From positions 78,035 through 142,034 of IMG/VR virus record IMGVR_UViG_3300045988_128407: a stretch of 64,000 nucleotides of DNA. One strand, 5' to 3'. The stretch's first letter is position 1. Every line of letters starts with the position of its first letter. Of the stretch, positions 30,264 to 39,405 are shown one piece after another. The position numbers and the translations under genes were made by a program. The notes beneath the pieces were generated by a model that searched no databases, had not been told where the DNA came from, and saw only the letters and a list, made by a program, of their open reading frames with translations. This DNA is from a virus.

Positions 30264-30307
30264 TAGTTACCATCTTTTCTTGTATAAGCAGAACATGAAA
30301 TAAGTTT

Positions 30308-30796
30308 CTAAGCATTAACTTCATGACCTCCCCTATCTGTGAAAACTAAACCAATACCTTCTATGATATGTCCTACTACAGGAGCTTTGTCAAATTCCTC
30401 CTTCGTAGCCCAAGTAGCATTATCAGGCATCAGATCCTTGAATGCGTCCGAAACATCACCTTGACACCAGCAGTTATTTGATACAACAATGCCTTTCCCT
30501 TCGATATTGATATACATTTTTCTTCCACCACATCCAAGGCTGTTCCATCCGCTCGGTACGTTTTCCACCATAGGCTTAAGCACCCAGCTTTCACCGTCTA
30601 TCCTAACCCATCCTGGATCGTCTTTGTGCTTGTCGTACATATTTTGCCAAAAAGAGCATTCGTAGCACCACCCCCTGTCTTCCATGACAGTTCTTATCTC
30701 ACACCTTTCAAATCCATCTGCATCCATCGTGTGCGGAGAATGAGGCTGGTGAGGAGTGCCACATTTTGGACATACGAGTTTTAAATTATTTTCCAT
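30308..30796 (-). CDS. hypothetical Cys/His-rich protein (162 aa)
   Basis: CPKCG..H..H zinc-ribbon-like N-terminus. Confidence 0.4.
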   Translation of the reverse strand: MENNLKLVCPKCGTPHQPHSPHTMDADGFERCEIRTVMEDRGWCYECSFWQNMYDKHKDDPGWVRIDGESWVLKPMVENVPSGWNSLGCGGRKMYINIEGKGIVVSNNCWCQGDVSDAFKDLMPDNATWATKEEFDKAPVVGHIIEGIGLVFTDRGGHEVNA

Positions 30797-31034
30797 ATTG
30801 TTTCACTTTTATGATCTTAATAGAATCTCCTATATTGTATTCCCCTTGGTATCCAACGAATTTTATAAGTCTATTACTGTTAAATATTGAAAATCCTCCG
30901 TCTTCACCATAATACATCACACGCCCACCCTGTAAAGGACGTAAATCATATATAACCCATCCGTTATTAACCTGACTATCATCATGCGAACATGATGATA
31001 ACACAAGTGCCATCAATAAAACAAAATACCTCAT
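30786..31034 (-). CDS. small lipoprotein
   Basis: MRYFVLLMALVLSSC: signal peptide plus lipobox Cys. Confidence 0.45.
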   Translation of the reverse strand: MRYFVLLMALVLSSCSHDDSQVNNGWVIYDLRPLQGGRVMYYGEDGGFSIFNSNRLIKFVGYQGEYNIGDSIKIIKVKQYGK

Positions 31035-31041
31035 GTTATTT

Positions 31042-31233
31042 TCAACATAAAAATTTATAACCTGGTTTTACTGCCTCTGCTTCTTCTCTCGTATCAAACA
31101 TTAAGATAGTAGTTGATTCTGTACCTTCACAAATGTAAGATACTTCCACCCACCACCTAAAAATTCCAGAGCCATAATCATCATAGTACGGCTCAGAAAG
31201 AACTTCTTCTACATACCCATCCAAATAATTCAC
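31042..31233 (-). CDS. small hypothetical protein (63 aa)
   Basis: Stop/start overlap with neighbours. Confidence 0.35.
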   Translation of the reverse strand: MNYLDGYVEEVLSEPYYDDYGSGIFRWWVEVSYICEGTESTTILMFDTREEAEAVKPGYKFLC

Positions 31234-31976
31234 GATCGCTCCTCCTTATTTTTAGATTCTGCCTCTTCGAGTATGCTGATCACCTTATCAACAATATCCG
31301 AATCAGACATTTTCTCAATAAAAACATCCATTGCCTTAGTTATGTCATTGGCTTCTTTTTCTTCAAGAGCTATTTCTCCACCGGTAATAGCATCAGATAA
31401 TGATGTAGATAAGTGTCTTATCTTATCAATGCTCATAAACGTAAATGGATTACCACCTTGACCTCCACCCATTTCTTTCATGATCTGATATCCACCTGAG
31501 ATAAGTCTGCCTGATGTCGTGGCCAAGGAGGATACGATTAGGGACAGTACCGCCGCTTCCGTCCGCTCCTCGGACACACCCCTCGACCACACGGCTGCCC
31601 TTATAGCGCCGGCCAGGTCGTCTATGTATGGCATGAGACAGTCTTCCATGACCTGTGTTATATCAGCAATAACCTCACTACGTTCTTTATTTATGTAGTA
31701 GATAGAAGCATTGTACCTCTTTATCTCTTTGTCCATATCATTTAAAAGACGCTTGATATTGTGCTTATACATAGGACTGGTTTTAATTACTTCCTTTAGC
31801 TTAAGAATGTAATTATAAGCCTGGTCGTTTACGAACAACGTCATGGTCTCAACCGTTGAATGAAGCGTGTTGAGACTGTTAAGAATCTTATCGAAATTGT
31901 TTATCAAATAAGCTTTTCTGGCTTTTGCTGCATAGTTAATGTTATTAAAATTATTCATTTTATTCATTAGATTCAA
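31230..31976 (-). CDS. hypothetical protein (248 aa)
   Basis: ORF starts 7 nt downstream of the tnpB-like stop. Confidence 0.45.
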   Translation of the reverse strand: MNLMNKMNNFNNINYAAKARKAYLINNFDKILNSLNTLHSTVETMTLFVNDQAYNYILKLKEVIKTSPMYKHNIKRLLNDMDKEIKRYNASIYYINKERSEVIADITQVMEDCLMPYIDDLAGAIRAAVWSRGVSEERTEAAVLSLIVSSLATTSGRLISGGYQIMKEMGGGQGGNPFTFMSIDKIRHLSTSLSDAITGGEIALEEKEANDITKAMDVFIEKMSDSDIVDKVISILEEAESKNKEERS

Positions 31977-31983
31977 CCTTATA

Positions 31984-33174
31984 TCACAAAATATTTATTC
32001 TAACCGGATTAAACACAAATCCACTATCGATTATCTTTCCAATGAAAGAATCACCGACTACTTTTCTTGCTATTCCTATAGCTCCATTAATATCAGCATT
32101 AATTAGCTTTCCAACGGAACTTTGGAATAATCCACGTTTCTTTCTTTTCCCTAAATAGGATTCTTGTTTCTTTAGAGATTCAAAAGCAAGATGGTCAATC
32201 TTTGATGTGTAAGATTCCTCATGAGTAATTACCTCTATCCCTAAAAGATTTGCTTTGTAAACAATCTTATCAATCAATTTAGAATGAGGAATAGAAACAA
32301 AATGTTGGTTATTCCTTTTACCGATATTTATCTCGTTTTTCCATTCTTTGTTTAATCCAATGATGATTGTTCCTATATTGTTAGATTTACAAAAGTCTAC
32401 AATGTATCTACTGATTTTATGCAATTTGTCTTCTATCCAACAATTTCTAAACAAAGTAATTTTTCTTATTCTATTTGAAGTTCCCTTATTACCAACAAAA
32501 GACATCAACTTAGCTTTCTTCTTATTGTACCACTGATTTACTGATTTCATAACCCGTCCGTTTATAATGAAAGAATTAGTTTCTACATTACTAATACATG
32601 AACATAAATTATTCAATCCTAAATCAATCGAAAGAAAATTGTCTTTGTTTAAACCAAGATCAGTTTCCTTTCTTTCATAAACTACCTCTACTACATAACA
32701 TGTAGCTTGAGGGATTATTCTAACTTGTTTTAGTTCGTCTTTCTTTACATTTGTTTTGATAGGTTTGATTATATCTTTAACAAAATAAATACAATTATCA
32801 CCCTTTACCCTACAATTGCAGTTGGTGAAAACAACCATGTTTTGTTTCTTACCTTGTTTGTATGACGGAAGGTGAGGTCTATGATTTCCGTATTTAGAAG
32901 GATTCTTTTCAAAATCCTTCTTGAGTTTTATCCAGGATTTTATGTTTTTAAATACCTGTTTAATCACCTGTTGGGATACATGATTAGGTAAATTCCTGAA
33001 ATCGAATTGGTTTTCTTTGCAAAGTTTGTTTGATAAATCAAATTCCTTTAAATAGTTACCTGAAAAGATTCCTTGACGAATGTTGTAAAGAACATAATTA
33101 TATAACAAGCCGGATTTGAAGCAAATATCCTCAAACCGGTTGTCTTTAACTATATGCCTTTCAACTAATCTCAT
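31984..33174 (-). CDS. tnpB: TnpB-like RuvC nuclease paralog lacking the zinc finger; embedded in the minus-strand operon (domestication candidate)
   Basis: LSIDLGLNN, THEESYTSK and INADINGAIGI are retained. There is no Cys between RuvC-II and RuvC-III. IIIGLNKEWKNEINIGKRNNQHFVSIP is near-identical to copy 1. Spacing to flanking genes is 7 nt and 53 nt. Confidence 0.75.
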   Translation of the reverse strand: MRLVERHIVKDNRFEDICFKSGLLYNYVLYNIRQGIFSGNYLKEFDLSNKLCKENQFDFRNLPNHVSQQVIKQVFKNIKSWIKLKKDFEKNPSKYGNHRPHLPSYKQGKKQNMVVFTNCNCRVKGDNCIYFVKDIIKPIKTNVKKDELKQVRIIPQATCYVVEVVYERKETDLGLNKDNFLSIDLGLNNLCSCISNVETNSFIINGRVMKSVNQWYNKKKAKLMSFVGNKGTSNRIRKITLFRNCWIEDKLHKISRYIVDFCKSNNIGTIIIGLNKEWKNEINIGKRNNQHFVSIPHSKLIDKIVYKANLLGIEVITHEESYTSKIDHLAFESLKKQESYLGKRKKRGLFQSSVGKLINADINGAIGIARKVVGDSFIGKIIDSGFVFNPVRINIL

Positions 33175-33227
33175 TTGAATGATTTATATCGTAAATGTAA
33201 TCGTTATTTGTAAAATAATCAAATTAT

Positions 33228-33770
33228 TCAATCATCGCATTCGAATTTTAGATTTTCAAGTTCATGTATTTGTAACCTAAGAGACTTAATTAAATTCGTT
33301 CTCTGTTCCTCTGCATGTTTTAAAGCCTCTTCCTTGCTTTCAAAAGCACAATCCCCTATCTGATAAGGGGTGTAACGACCAGGAGTGTCGGCTAATAAAA
33401 GACCACCACAATCTTCTATTCTGGCTTTTACCTTTCTTATTTTCCCATCTTTTAGACACATGTCCGTAACCCATACGAATTTACCATATAATTTATCATA
33501 CTCTTCTAATCTCTCTTCTTGCAATTCATACCATTCCGGCTTAGGAAATCTTAATGTGAATCTAATTTCGGTATCTTTCTCTAAGACATTAATATCATAC
33601 GCCTCCGGCCACAGTTCTTTTATACTGTCTTCGTCTTCAGCATACGCCACCAGCACAAATGAATTACTGGATTCTGCGCTACACCAATACGGGTATTTTA
33701 TAGGCCATTTGACTGGACGGTAGTCGTTACTACAGTCGGATTTTTTAATGTAAAATCTTGCTCTAATCAT
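33228..33770 (-). CDS. hypothetical protein (180 aa)
   Basis: ORF in packed operon. Confidence 0.4.
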   Translation of the reverse strand: MIRARFYIKKSDCSNDYRPVKWPIKYPYWCSAESSNSFVLVAYAEDEDSIKELWPEAYDINVLEKDTEIRFTLRFPKPEWYELQEERLEEYDKLYGKFVWVTDMCLKDGKIRKVKARIEDCGGLLLADTPGRYTPYQIGDCAFESKEEALKHAEEQRTNLIKSLRLQIHELENLKFECDD

Positions 33771-33777
33771 ATCGTTA

Positions 33778-34089
33778 TTAATCTAATAATTTTTCAATTT
33801 TAATTGATTTTGATGATAGATACATATTCCATGTTCCTCTGCCTCTGTCACCTTTTTCGTTTTGTTTTTGGATTGTCAAGTACAGATCTCCGTCTTCACA
33901 TACTTCAACTTTTTTCAAGAAGCCTATCATTTCATCTCCTGTTTCGTGTAAAATACGGATCTTACCTCCTTCTTTTAACCCATAATTGGAATCAAAGTAT
34001 TCTTTTTTGATTCTATCAATATTGTCTTTATGGTTTTTTATAGCATAAAGCTCTTTTCTTAATAAATAATTTAGTTGTTCTATTGTCAT
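33778..34089 (-). CDS. hypothetical protein (103 aa)
   Basis: ORF in packed operon. Confidence 0.35.
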   Translation of the reverse strand: MTIEQLNYLLRKELYAIKNHKDNIDRIKKEYFDSNYGLKEGGKIRILHETGDEMIGFLKKVEVCEDGDLYLTIQKQNEKGDRGRGTWNMYLSSKSIKIEKLLD

Positions 34090-34643
34090 TTCTTTTCCTC
34101 CTTGTTTAATGGTATCAACCCTTTTCCATGCTTGTCATACCACAGCATAGCTATACAGTTCCATGCACATTGTGCAAGATGAAAACATCCTGTATCGGAA
34201 TCCACTCTTTCCCCTTTCATGTATTCCATTAGGTGTCTGGCAGCCGCAGCACGATACCGTTCAAACCCGTTGTCAAGGTTCTGCCATTTATTGGGTCCGT
34301 ACTTCTTTGCACCAGCATGATAGACTCTTACAATATCCTCAATCTCTTTCATTGGAAGCAAATCCCATCGTAGTTTGTCGTCAATGATGTCATTTTTCAC
34401 CGATTTGTTTTCTATGGGGTCTTTGGTAAGAATAATATCCATAATATCCGTTTCTATGACGAACGTCTCCCCATTGCAACAAACCTCAGCATATTTATCA
34501 TTTACTTCTATGTCTGATACTGCCTCCGCTATAGCTCCTTTGACGATTTTAAATTCGGCACTGATTATATCATCTTTTAATATGCGAAAAATAGATCCTT
34601 TTGGATAAAGGATATTTTTAGTATTATCATCCATCTTTTCCAT
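34086..34643 (-). CDS. dATP/dGTP pyrophosphohydrolase-like domain protein
   Basis: C-terminal RWDLLP..AGAKKYGPNKWQN..RHL..GE..D..TG.FHLAQCAWN pattern recalled from phage dATP/dGTP diphosphohydrolase N-terminal domains. Confidence 0.45.
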   Translation of the reverse strand: MEKMDDNTKNILYPKGSIFRILKDDIISAEFKIVKGAIAEAVSDIEVNDKYAEVCCNGETFVIETDIMDIILTKDPIENKSVKNDIIDDKLRWDLLPMKEIEDIVRVYHAGAKKYGPNKWQNLDNGFERYRAAAARHLMEYMKGERVDSDTGCFHLAQCAWNCIAMLWYDKHGKGLIPLNKEEKK

Positions 34644-34695
34644 TGCTTTATCGTTGTTTTACCTCATTTCGATAGTAATATAATCCATCTTCGTC

Positions 34696-34983
34696 TTATA
34701 CCCTATCATTTCTGTTTTTCTCAAAATACTGTTTTACGGCTTCAATCGCCTTATCGTCATCAAAAGCCTCTACAAACCCCTCATAGAATCTATTTCGCTC
34801 CATAGAGAACGTATTGCTTCCATCCGGAATGGTTCTGAACACAACTACCTTCTCTCCATCTACGTTCGTTCCTATGATGTTGTTATGGAGAATAATAGAA
34901 TACCGCCCAGAGTTTTTGTTCTGGACGACACTATGTTCGAGATTGTAGAGTCTAAGTAGTTCTCTTATTTCTTTTACTCCCAT
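34696..34983 (-). CDS. hypothetical protein (95 aa)
   Basis: ORF in packed operon. Confidence 0.35.
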   Translation of the reverse strand: MGVKEIRELLRLYNLEHSVVQNKNSGRYSIILHNNIIGTNVDGEKVVVFRTIPDGSNTFSMERNRFYEGFVEAFDDDKAIEAVKQYFEKNRNDRV

Positions 34984-34984
34984 A

Positions 34985-35701
34985 TTATTTTACGTTTTTA
35001 GAAGTTACAGCCTCTTCTCCCCATTTCTTTACATATATAGATCTCATCATGTTCATTAAATTAGAGAAAGAAGAGATGGTTCCCATCTCTATGCAGAATG
35101 CAAGATTAGACTGTAGGGTTTCAAGTTCTTTTAACTGCTCTTGAGTTGCTCTGTTATCTAAAACATATTTATGTTTATTGAATACAATCCAGTTTAACTT
35201 ATCAGCCATTTCTATATAATCAACATCTTCAAATTTTGATACAGACCTTGAAAGAGTATTGTATTTATCCCCTATCTCTATTCTATCCAAAATAAGTTTA
35301 TCATTTAACCATCCAGTAACTTCTGCATACAGCATAGGATTTAATTCTATAGCGACTAATACCCATATGTAGGGATCACACATAACATTTCTGTTTGTTC
35401 CTCTTCCTGTAGTCTTATAGGCATTATACCACTTCATTACTTTTATCAAAGAGTTGTTTTCCACTATATCCATAAACTCTTTCAAGGTTTCACTTTTTAT
35501 GTATTTCTGTTTTTTAAGAATATAAAATATCCTTTCTGCACTCTCCTTGTTCGAAAGAATATTTTCTATTCTCTTATCATTCCACCCCATCTCCACTCTT
35601 TTTCTTGTATATGCCTCTTGTAATCCAGTTAATGACATAAAGGAAGTTTTAATGTCCTGTCTGATTACCACTCCATACAATAACCTGTCTTTAGAAATCA
35701 T
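34985..35701 (-). CDS. KilA-N-like DNA-binding domain protein (tentative)
   Basis: N-terminal YGVVIRQDIKTSFMSLTGLQEAYTRKRVEMGW resembles KilA-N. Confidence 0.3.
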   Translation of the reverse strand: MISKDRLLYGVVIRQDIKTSFMSLTGLQEAYTRKRVEMGWNDKRIENILSNKESAERIFYILKKQKYIKSETLKEFMDIVENNSLIKVMKWYNAYKTTGRGTNRNVMCDPYIWVLVAIELNPMLYAEVTGWLNDKLILDRIEIGDKYNTLSRSVSKFEDVDYIEMADKLNWIVFNKHKYVLDNRATQEQLKELETLQSNLAFCIEMGTISSFSNLMNMMRSIYVKKWGEEAVTSKNVK

Positions 35702-35722
35702 AACTTTTAAATTATTTAATAA

Positions 35723-35788
35723 AATACGCTTGTATTAAAATTACACGACGTAAAAATATAGATTGTGTAACTTTAATACAAGCGTATT
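35723..35788. repeat. perfect 17-bp inverted repeat (AATACGCTTGTATTAAA / TTTAATACAAGCGTATT) around a 32-nt spacer that holds a nested 6-bp inverted repeat
   Basis: Read directly; lies in a 120-bp intergenic gap of the minus block. Confidence 0.7.
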
Positions 35789-35821
35789 GTGTTAAATTTT
35801 ACTTATAGTGTTTTTATAGAC

Positions 35822-36178
35822 TCACATTATTCCTTCTAAATTTACTTTTATAGAACCATTTATGGTTTTAATGCTCCCATCTATGGTTGAAATTACATCA
35901 TCTATATCATTTATAATGCCTTCCATGTCATCAACCACCTCCTCCATATCAGTTACAGCCCGATCTGATTCCCAATATCTTTCTGAGTCTTGTAACGATT
36001 CCGGTATATTATCTCTCGCCTCCGTCTCTTCATCTAAAATCATATCAATATCATCTTTGGCTGAATTTATGTTGTGCTTTAACTCCGATAACTTTGATTT
36101 GATGTATTCAAAATCTGTTTTATACTTATTTGCGTTTTTGATAACATCTGATATTTTTTTTCTTCTCTTGTTGTTCAT
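35822..36178 (-). CDS. acidic hypothetical protein (118 aa)
   Basis: ATGA overlap with helicase stop. Confidence 0.35.
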   Translation of the reverse strand: MNNKRRKKISDVIKNANKYKTDFEYIKSKLSELKHNINSAKDDIDMILDEETEARDNIPESLQDSERYWESDRAVTDMEEVVDDMEGIINDIDDVISTIDGSIKTINGSIKVNLEGIM

Positions 36179-38544
36179 GCTTTTATCCTATTATAATATT
36201 CGATAATCTTTTCTTTCCTATCTCCCGGTTTTACTGCCATATTCTCAGCCAAGAACCTAAAATACGACACCGGTATGTCCTTGAATCTAATTCCTTCATA
36301 TTTTCCAAACCACATTATTATGCTGTCAAGATCGTCTTCTCTCCTACCATCTCCATTCACAGATTTAAGCGAGGCTGCCCGACGAAGGATCTCGTCTTTG
36401 GTAATAATATCACCCATCCTTATATTAGACAGAAGTTGATCGCCGGCAAACATACACCAGCCCTTAGAAGGGAATTGCTCGATTGTCAGGTCTTCTATCC
36501 GACCAAAGCGTCTCATGTTGTCGCAGCAATCAACTATCAGCGCCTCTTTCTTGTCAGGATGGATGCGGACGGCGCGGCCTAATATTTGGTAATAAGTTGA
36601 ATATGAGAAAGTTGGTCGACCAAACATCACACAATCAAGTTCAGGAAAATCAAATCCGGTAGCAAGCGTTGAATAATTAAAAACCACCTTCAACTTACCT
36701 TCTTTGAAATCGGATATGATTTGCTCTCTTTTCTTTTTGGTTGTTAGCGATGTTACGACACCGGTTATGGCTCCCATCCTGGCATTCATGAACTCTGATA
36801 TTCTATTACATGATTCGATAGAATCCATACAGACCAAAATGGCTTTACGTTCGTTCATAAGTTGAAGAAGGCGCTTGTAGATAGAGTTATTTAAGCCGTT
36901 TCGTACAATACTTTCTTTAATAGATTCGTTGGTGTATTCGGCTCCGGTACTGTTTAACATCAGAGCCGATTCATCAAAAGACCATCGTTCGTACTTAAGA
37001 GGGCACCAAAATCCCTGAGAAGTTAGCTCTTGTATTTGAGTCACATGAACTATTTTCTTGAAGAAGTTATGTTCGTCTTTCGTCAGCATATTGAGCTTGC
37101 TATAGTTCCCTTCCAGCATGGAGCTGTAGGTCCGGAGGCGGCAGGGCGTGGCAGTGAAGCCCAGCACCTTCGCCTCTGGAAACCTGCTCATAAACTCCAT
37201 AAATTCAGAACCTTCTTCAGGAGAGTACCCTGAATGACAATTTCCAGAAACAAATGTATATCCTTTATATCTTAGTACTATACATCCAGATGGAACCTCT
37301 ACGCAATAAACTTGTCCGGTGTATTTTTCATATCGTTTATACATAGAGTTAGTGCCTCTTAGTTTTTTGTCTTTTGTTATAAAAAGCCTATAAACATCCG
37401 AATATGTTTCTTTTCTGCCATCCTTTTCAATAGAAACATAGCATCCGTGGCCAGCTATTGTGGCTACAGAATTATAAAAATCCACCTGCGTTTTATCGGT
37501 CGATGAATAATAAAGCATCGTATTCCCTATAATACTTCCGTCCCATAAAGAACACTCTTCTATTACCGATCTTGCTTTTTCGTAAGACATTGGGAACGAT
37601 ATATGATTTCGAATATCCTTTGTTGTAAACTTTGGCATTCTCACCATAAACCTTCTTCTGTTTTTCGTATTTCCTTCTTTTTTTATTTTTCCTTTAACTT
37701 CCCATATCTCAACGTTTGCATTCTTACATAAATAATGAATCCTTTTTATTTTTCTTTCTTTTGAAAATGAGAAAGATATAATTGTGTCATTTTCGTTTTT
37801 GTTATGAATACTTCCATCTGCTTGTGTTGCTATAAACAACCTCTCCATGTCAGATAAGGAATCGCCTTCGCTATCTACACGTGATATCCCTGATACCGGA
37901 ATGCATTTCCCAGATTTAAAAGAAGCTTCAGATATTTTCTGTTTATACCATTTACCGTATTTCTTATCATAAAACAAGAAATCATGATTCTTTGTCACTG
38001 GAAGATCTATTCCATGTTTAATATGAAGTAAACAAATGTCACCATCGTGCGGCTTGTTGATATATCTGATAGGCATCACAAAATCAATAAATCCTTTATC
38101 ATATTGAGCTACCCTTACATTTTGTTCTAATTTATTAAATTGAACAAACCCTTTTTCGGTTAATATCTCCACATCTCCAGTAAAACATTCATCTATCAAG
38201 ATCGTATCTATCCCTATATCCTTCAACCTCGCTACATCTTTCTTTATGCTCTTTAATGTTGCATAAGTCATAGCCGACAGTTCCTTTATACCACATGAAG
38301 CAGAATATATGGTAGGTTTAGAATCGAATGATACGGCCTTTGCATAATTCTGCTCCAGAATCTCTTTTGAGGGCTGTAATACTAACGTCGGTCTATTTAT
38401 TTCATGTGCTATCTTGGATATCAGAAGGCTCTTTCCACATCCGCATGGAGCTACGATTATGCCAGGCTTCTTAGATCTTCCTGTAAGAAACTTAAGCCCG
38501 GCATCTACTGCTTCTTTTTGATAAGGTCTAAGTTCAAAGCCCAT
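36175..38544 (-). CDS. SF2 (DEAH/DECH-box) DNA helicase interrupted by a 316-aa intein
   Basis: Walker A APCGCGKS; motif II split as ILIDE|C..intein..N|CHSGYS; motif III GFTATP; motif VI QILGRAVR. Confidence 0.75.
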   Translation of the reverse strand: MGFELRPYQKEAVDAGLKFLTGRSKKPGIIVAPCGCGKSLLISKIAHEINRPTLVLQPSKEILEQNYAKAVSFDSKPTIYSASCGIKELSAMTYATLKSIKKDVARLKDIGIDTILIDECFTGDVEILTEKGFVQFNKLEQNVRVAQYDKGFIDFVMPIRYINKPHDGDICLLHIKHGIDLPVTKNHDFLFYDKKYGKWYKQKISEASFKSGKCIPVSGISRVDSEGDSLSDMERLFIATQADGSIHNKNENDTIISFSFSKERKIKRIHYLCKNANVEIWEVKGKIKKEGNTKNRRRFMVRMPKFTTKDIRNHISFPMSYEKARSVIEECSLWDGSIIGNTMLYYSSTDKTQVDFYNSVATIAGHGCYVSIEKDGRKETYSDVYRLFITKDKKLRGTNSMYKRYEKYTGQVYCVEVPSGCIVLRYKGYTFVSGNCHSGYSPEEGSEFMEFMSRFPEAKVLGFTATPCRLRTYSSMLEGNYSKLNMLTKDEHNFFKKIVHVTQIQELTSQGFWCPLKYERWSFDESALMLNSTGAEYTNESIKESIVRNGLNNSIYKRLLQLMNERKAILVCMDSIESCNRISEFMNARMGAITGVVTSLTTKKKREQIISDFKEGKLKVVFNYSTLATGFDFPELDCVMFGRPTFSYSTYYQILGRAVRIHPDKKEALIVDCCDNMRRFGRIEDLTIEQFPSKGWCMFAGDQLLSNIRMGDIITKDEILRRAASLKSVNGDGRREDDLDSIIMWFGKYEGIRFKDIPVSYFRFLAENMAVKPGDRKEKIIEYYNRIKA
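37240..38187 (-). mobile_element. intein (Hint domain with LAGLIDADG-type homing-endonuclease motifs) inserted in the DECH motif
   Basis: Starts CFTGDVEIL, ends FVSGN before +1 Cys; LFIATQADGS and SLWDGSIIGN motifs. Boundaries verified codon by codon. Confidence 0.6.
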
Positions 38545-38911
38545 CGCAATCTATTTTACTATTTTTTGAAAGTTCTATTATCGCCTCTTTCAACATCTCC
38601 CTTGCTTTATCTTCGCTATCTTCAAGCAAGCATACACTGCACGATATACCCATACGATCTCCATAAGCTTCGGCATTACCTAATGTGAATGCGCAGCAGT
38701 AATCATAATCCATGTTTTTTGCTACGGCAATAAACTGATTATCTTCTATCAGTACAGCATATTCAGCATCAGTTTCACACATGATAATGGCTTTATCTTT
38801 TTTTATAGACAATACCTTGTTTCTGAAAAGTCCGTTATAAATCCATAGTTCCTTTCCTGCATTTTTATAAAACGCAACCATATCTTCCTTGATTGTAACT
38901 TCTTTTTTCAT
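38534..38911 (-). CDS. hypothetical protein (125 aa)
   Basis: ORF in packed operon. Confidence 0.35.
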   Translation of the reverse strand: MKKEVTIKEDMVAFYKNAGKELWIYNGLFRNKVLSIKKDKAIIMCETDAEYAVLIEDNQFIAVAKNMDYDYCCAFTLGNAEAYGDRMGISCSVCLLEDSEDKAREMLKEAIIELSKNSKIDCDGL

Positions 38912-38914
38912 GAC

Positions 38915-39235
38915 TTACTTGTGTTTAACATCAGTAATTAAAACATATCTTTTAACAATATCTTCAAGCTCCATAGAAAATAATAAAGTTGGGCTTTTTC
39001 CGTACTCGTACAGAGCGAACCCTTCCTTTATGTCTAATATCTTAATCACATGCTTGCCTCTTTCAAATGGATCCATGAAGTAGCCTTCGTATTCGTATCT
39101 TTGACCGACTTTTATTTTGTCGGTCTTCTTCTTCATCTTATACCGATCTATTGCCATGCTTATTTTTATAAGAATCGTTACAAACAAGTATAATAATAAA
39201 AAGGCCGCTGCTCCTGCTATCAATACTTCTTTCAT
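38915..39235 (-). CDS. small membrane protein (106 aa, N-terminal TM)
   Basis: AGAAAFLLLYLFVTILI hydrophobic segment. Confidence 0.35.
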   Translation of the reverse strand: MKEVLIAGAAAFLLLYLFVTILIKISMAIDRYKMKKKTDKIKVGQRYEYEGYFMDPFERGKHVIKILDIKEGFALYEYGKSPTLLFSMELEDIVKRYVLITDVKHK

Positions 39236-39405
39236 TGCACCTCTTTTAAGTAGTTAAACCATATATCCTCCAGTCTTTCCTGAAGCTCAAATGCTTTCTT
39301 AAAATTCCCGCTTCTTACAGCAACGTCTCTCATGTATTCTACGTTTATAACCTCCGGATCTTGCCGGTATTTTGTTCTTAACTTTTGAACACCCTCGTAT
39401 TTCAT
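39232..39405 (-). CDS. small ORF (57 aa) bridging two genes with ATGA overlaps at both ends
   Basis: MKYEGVQKLRTKYRQDPEV..; below the 60-aa track cutoff; start overlaps upstream TGA, stop overlaps downstream ATG. Confidence 0.25.
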   Translation of the reverse strand: MKYEGVQKLRTKYRQDPEVINVEYMRDVAVRSGNFKKAFELQERLEDIWFNYLKEVQ

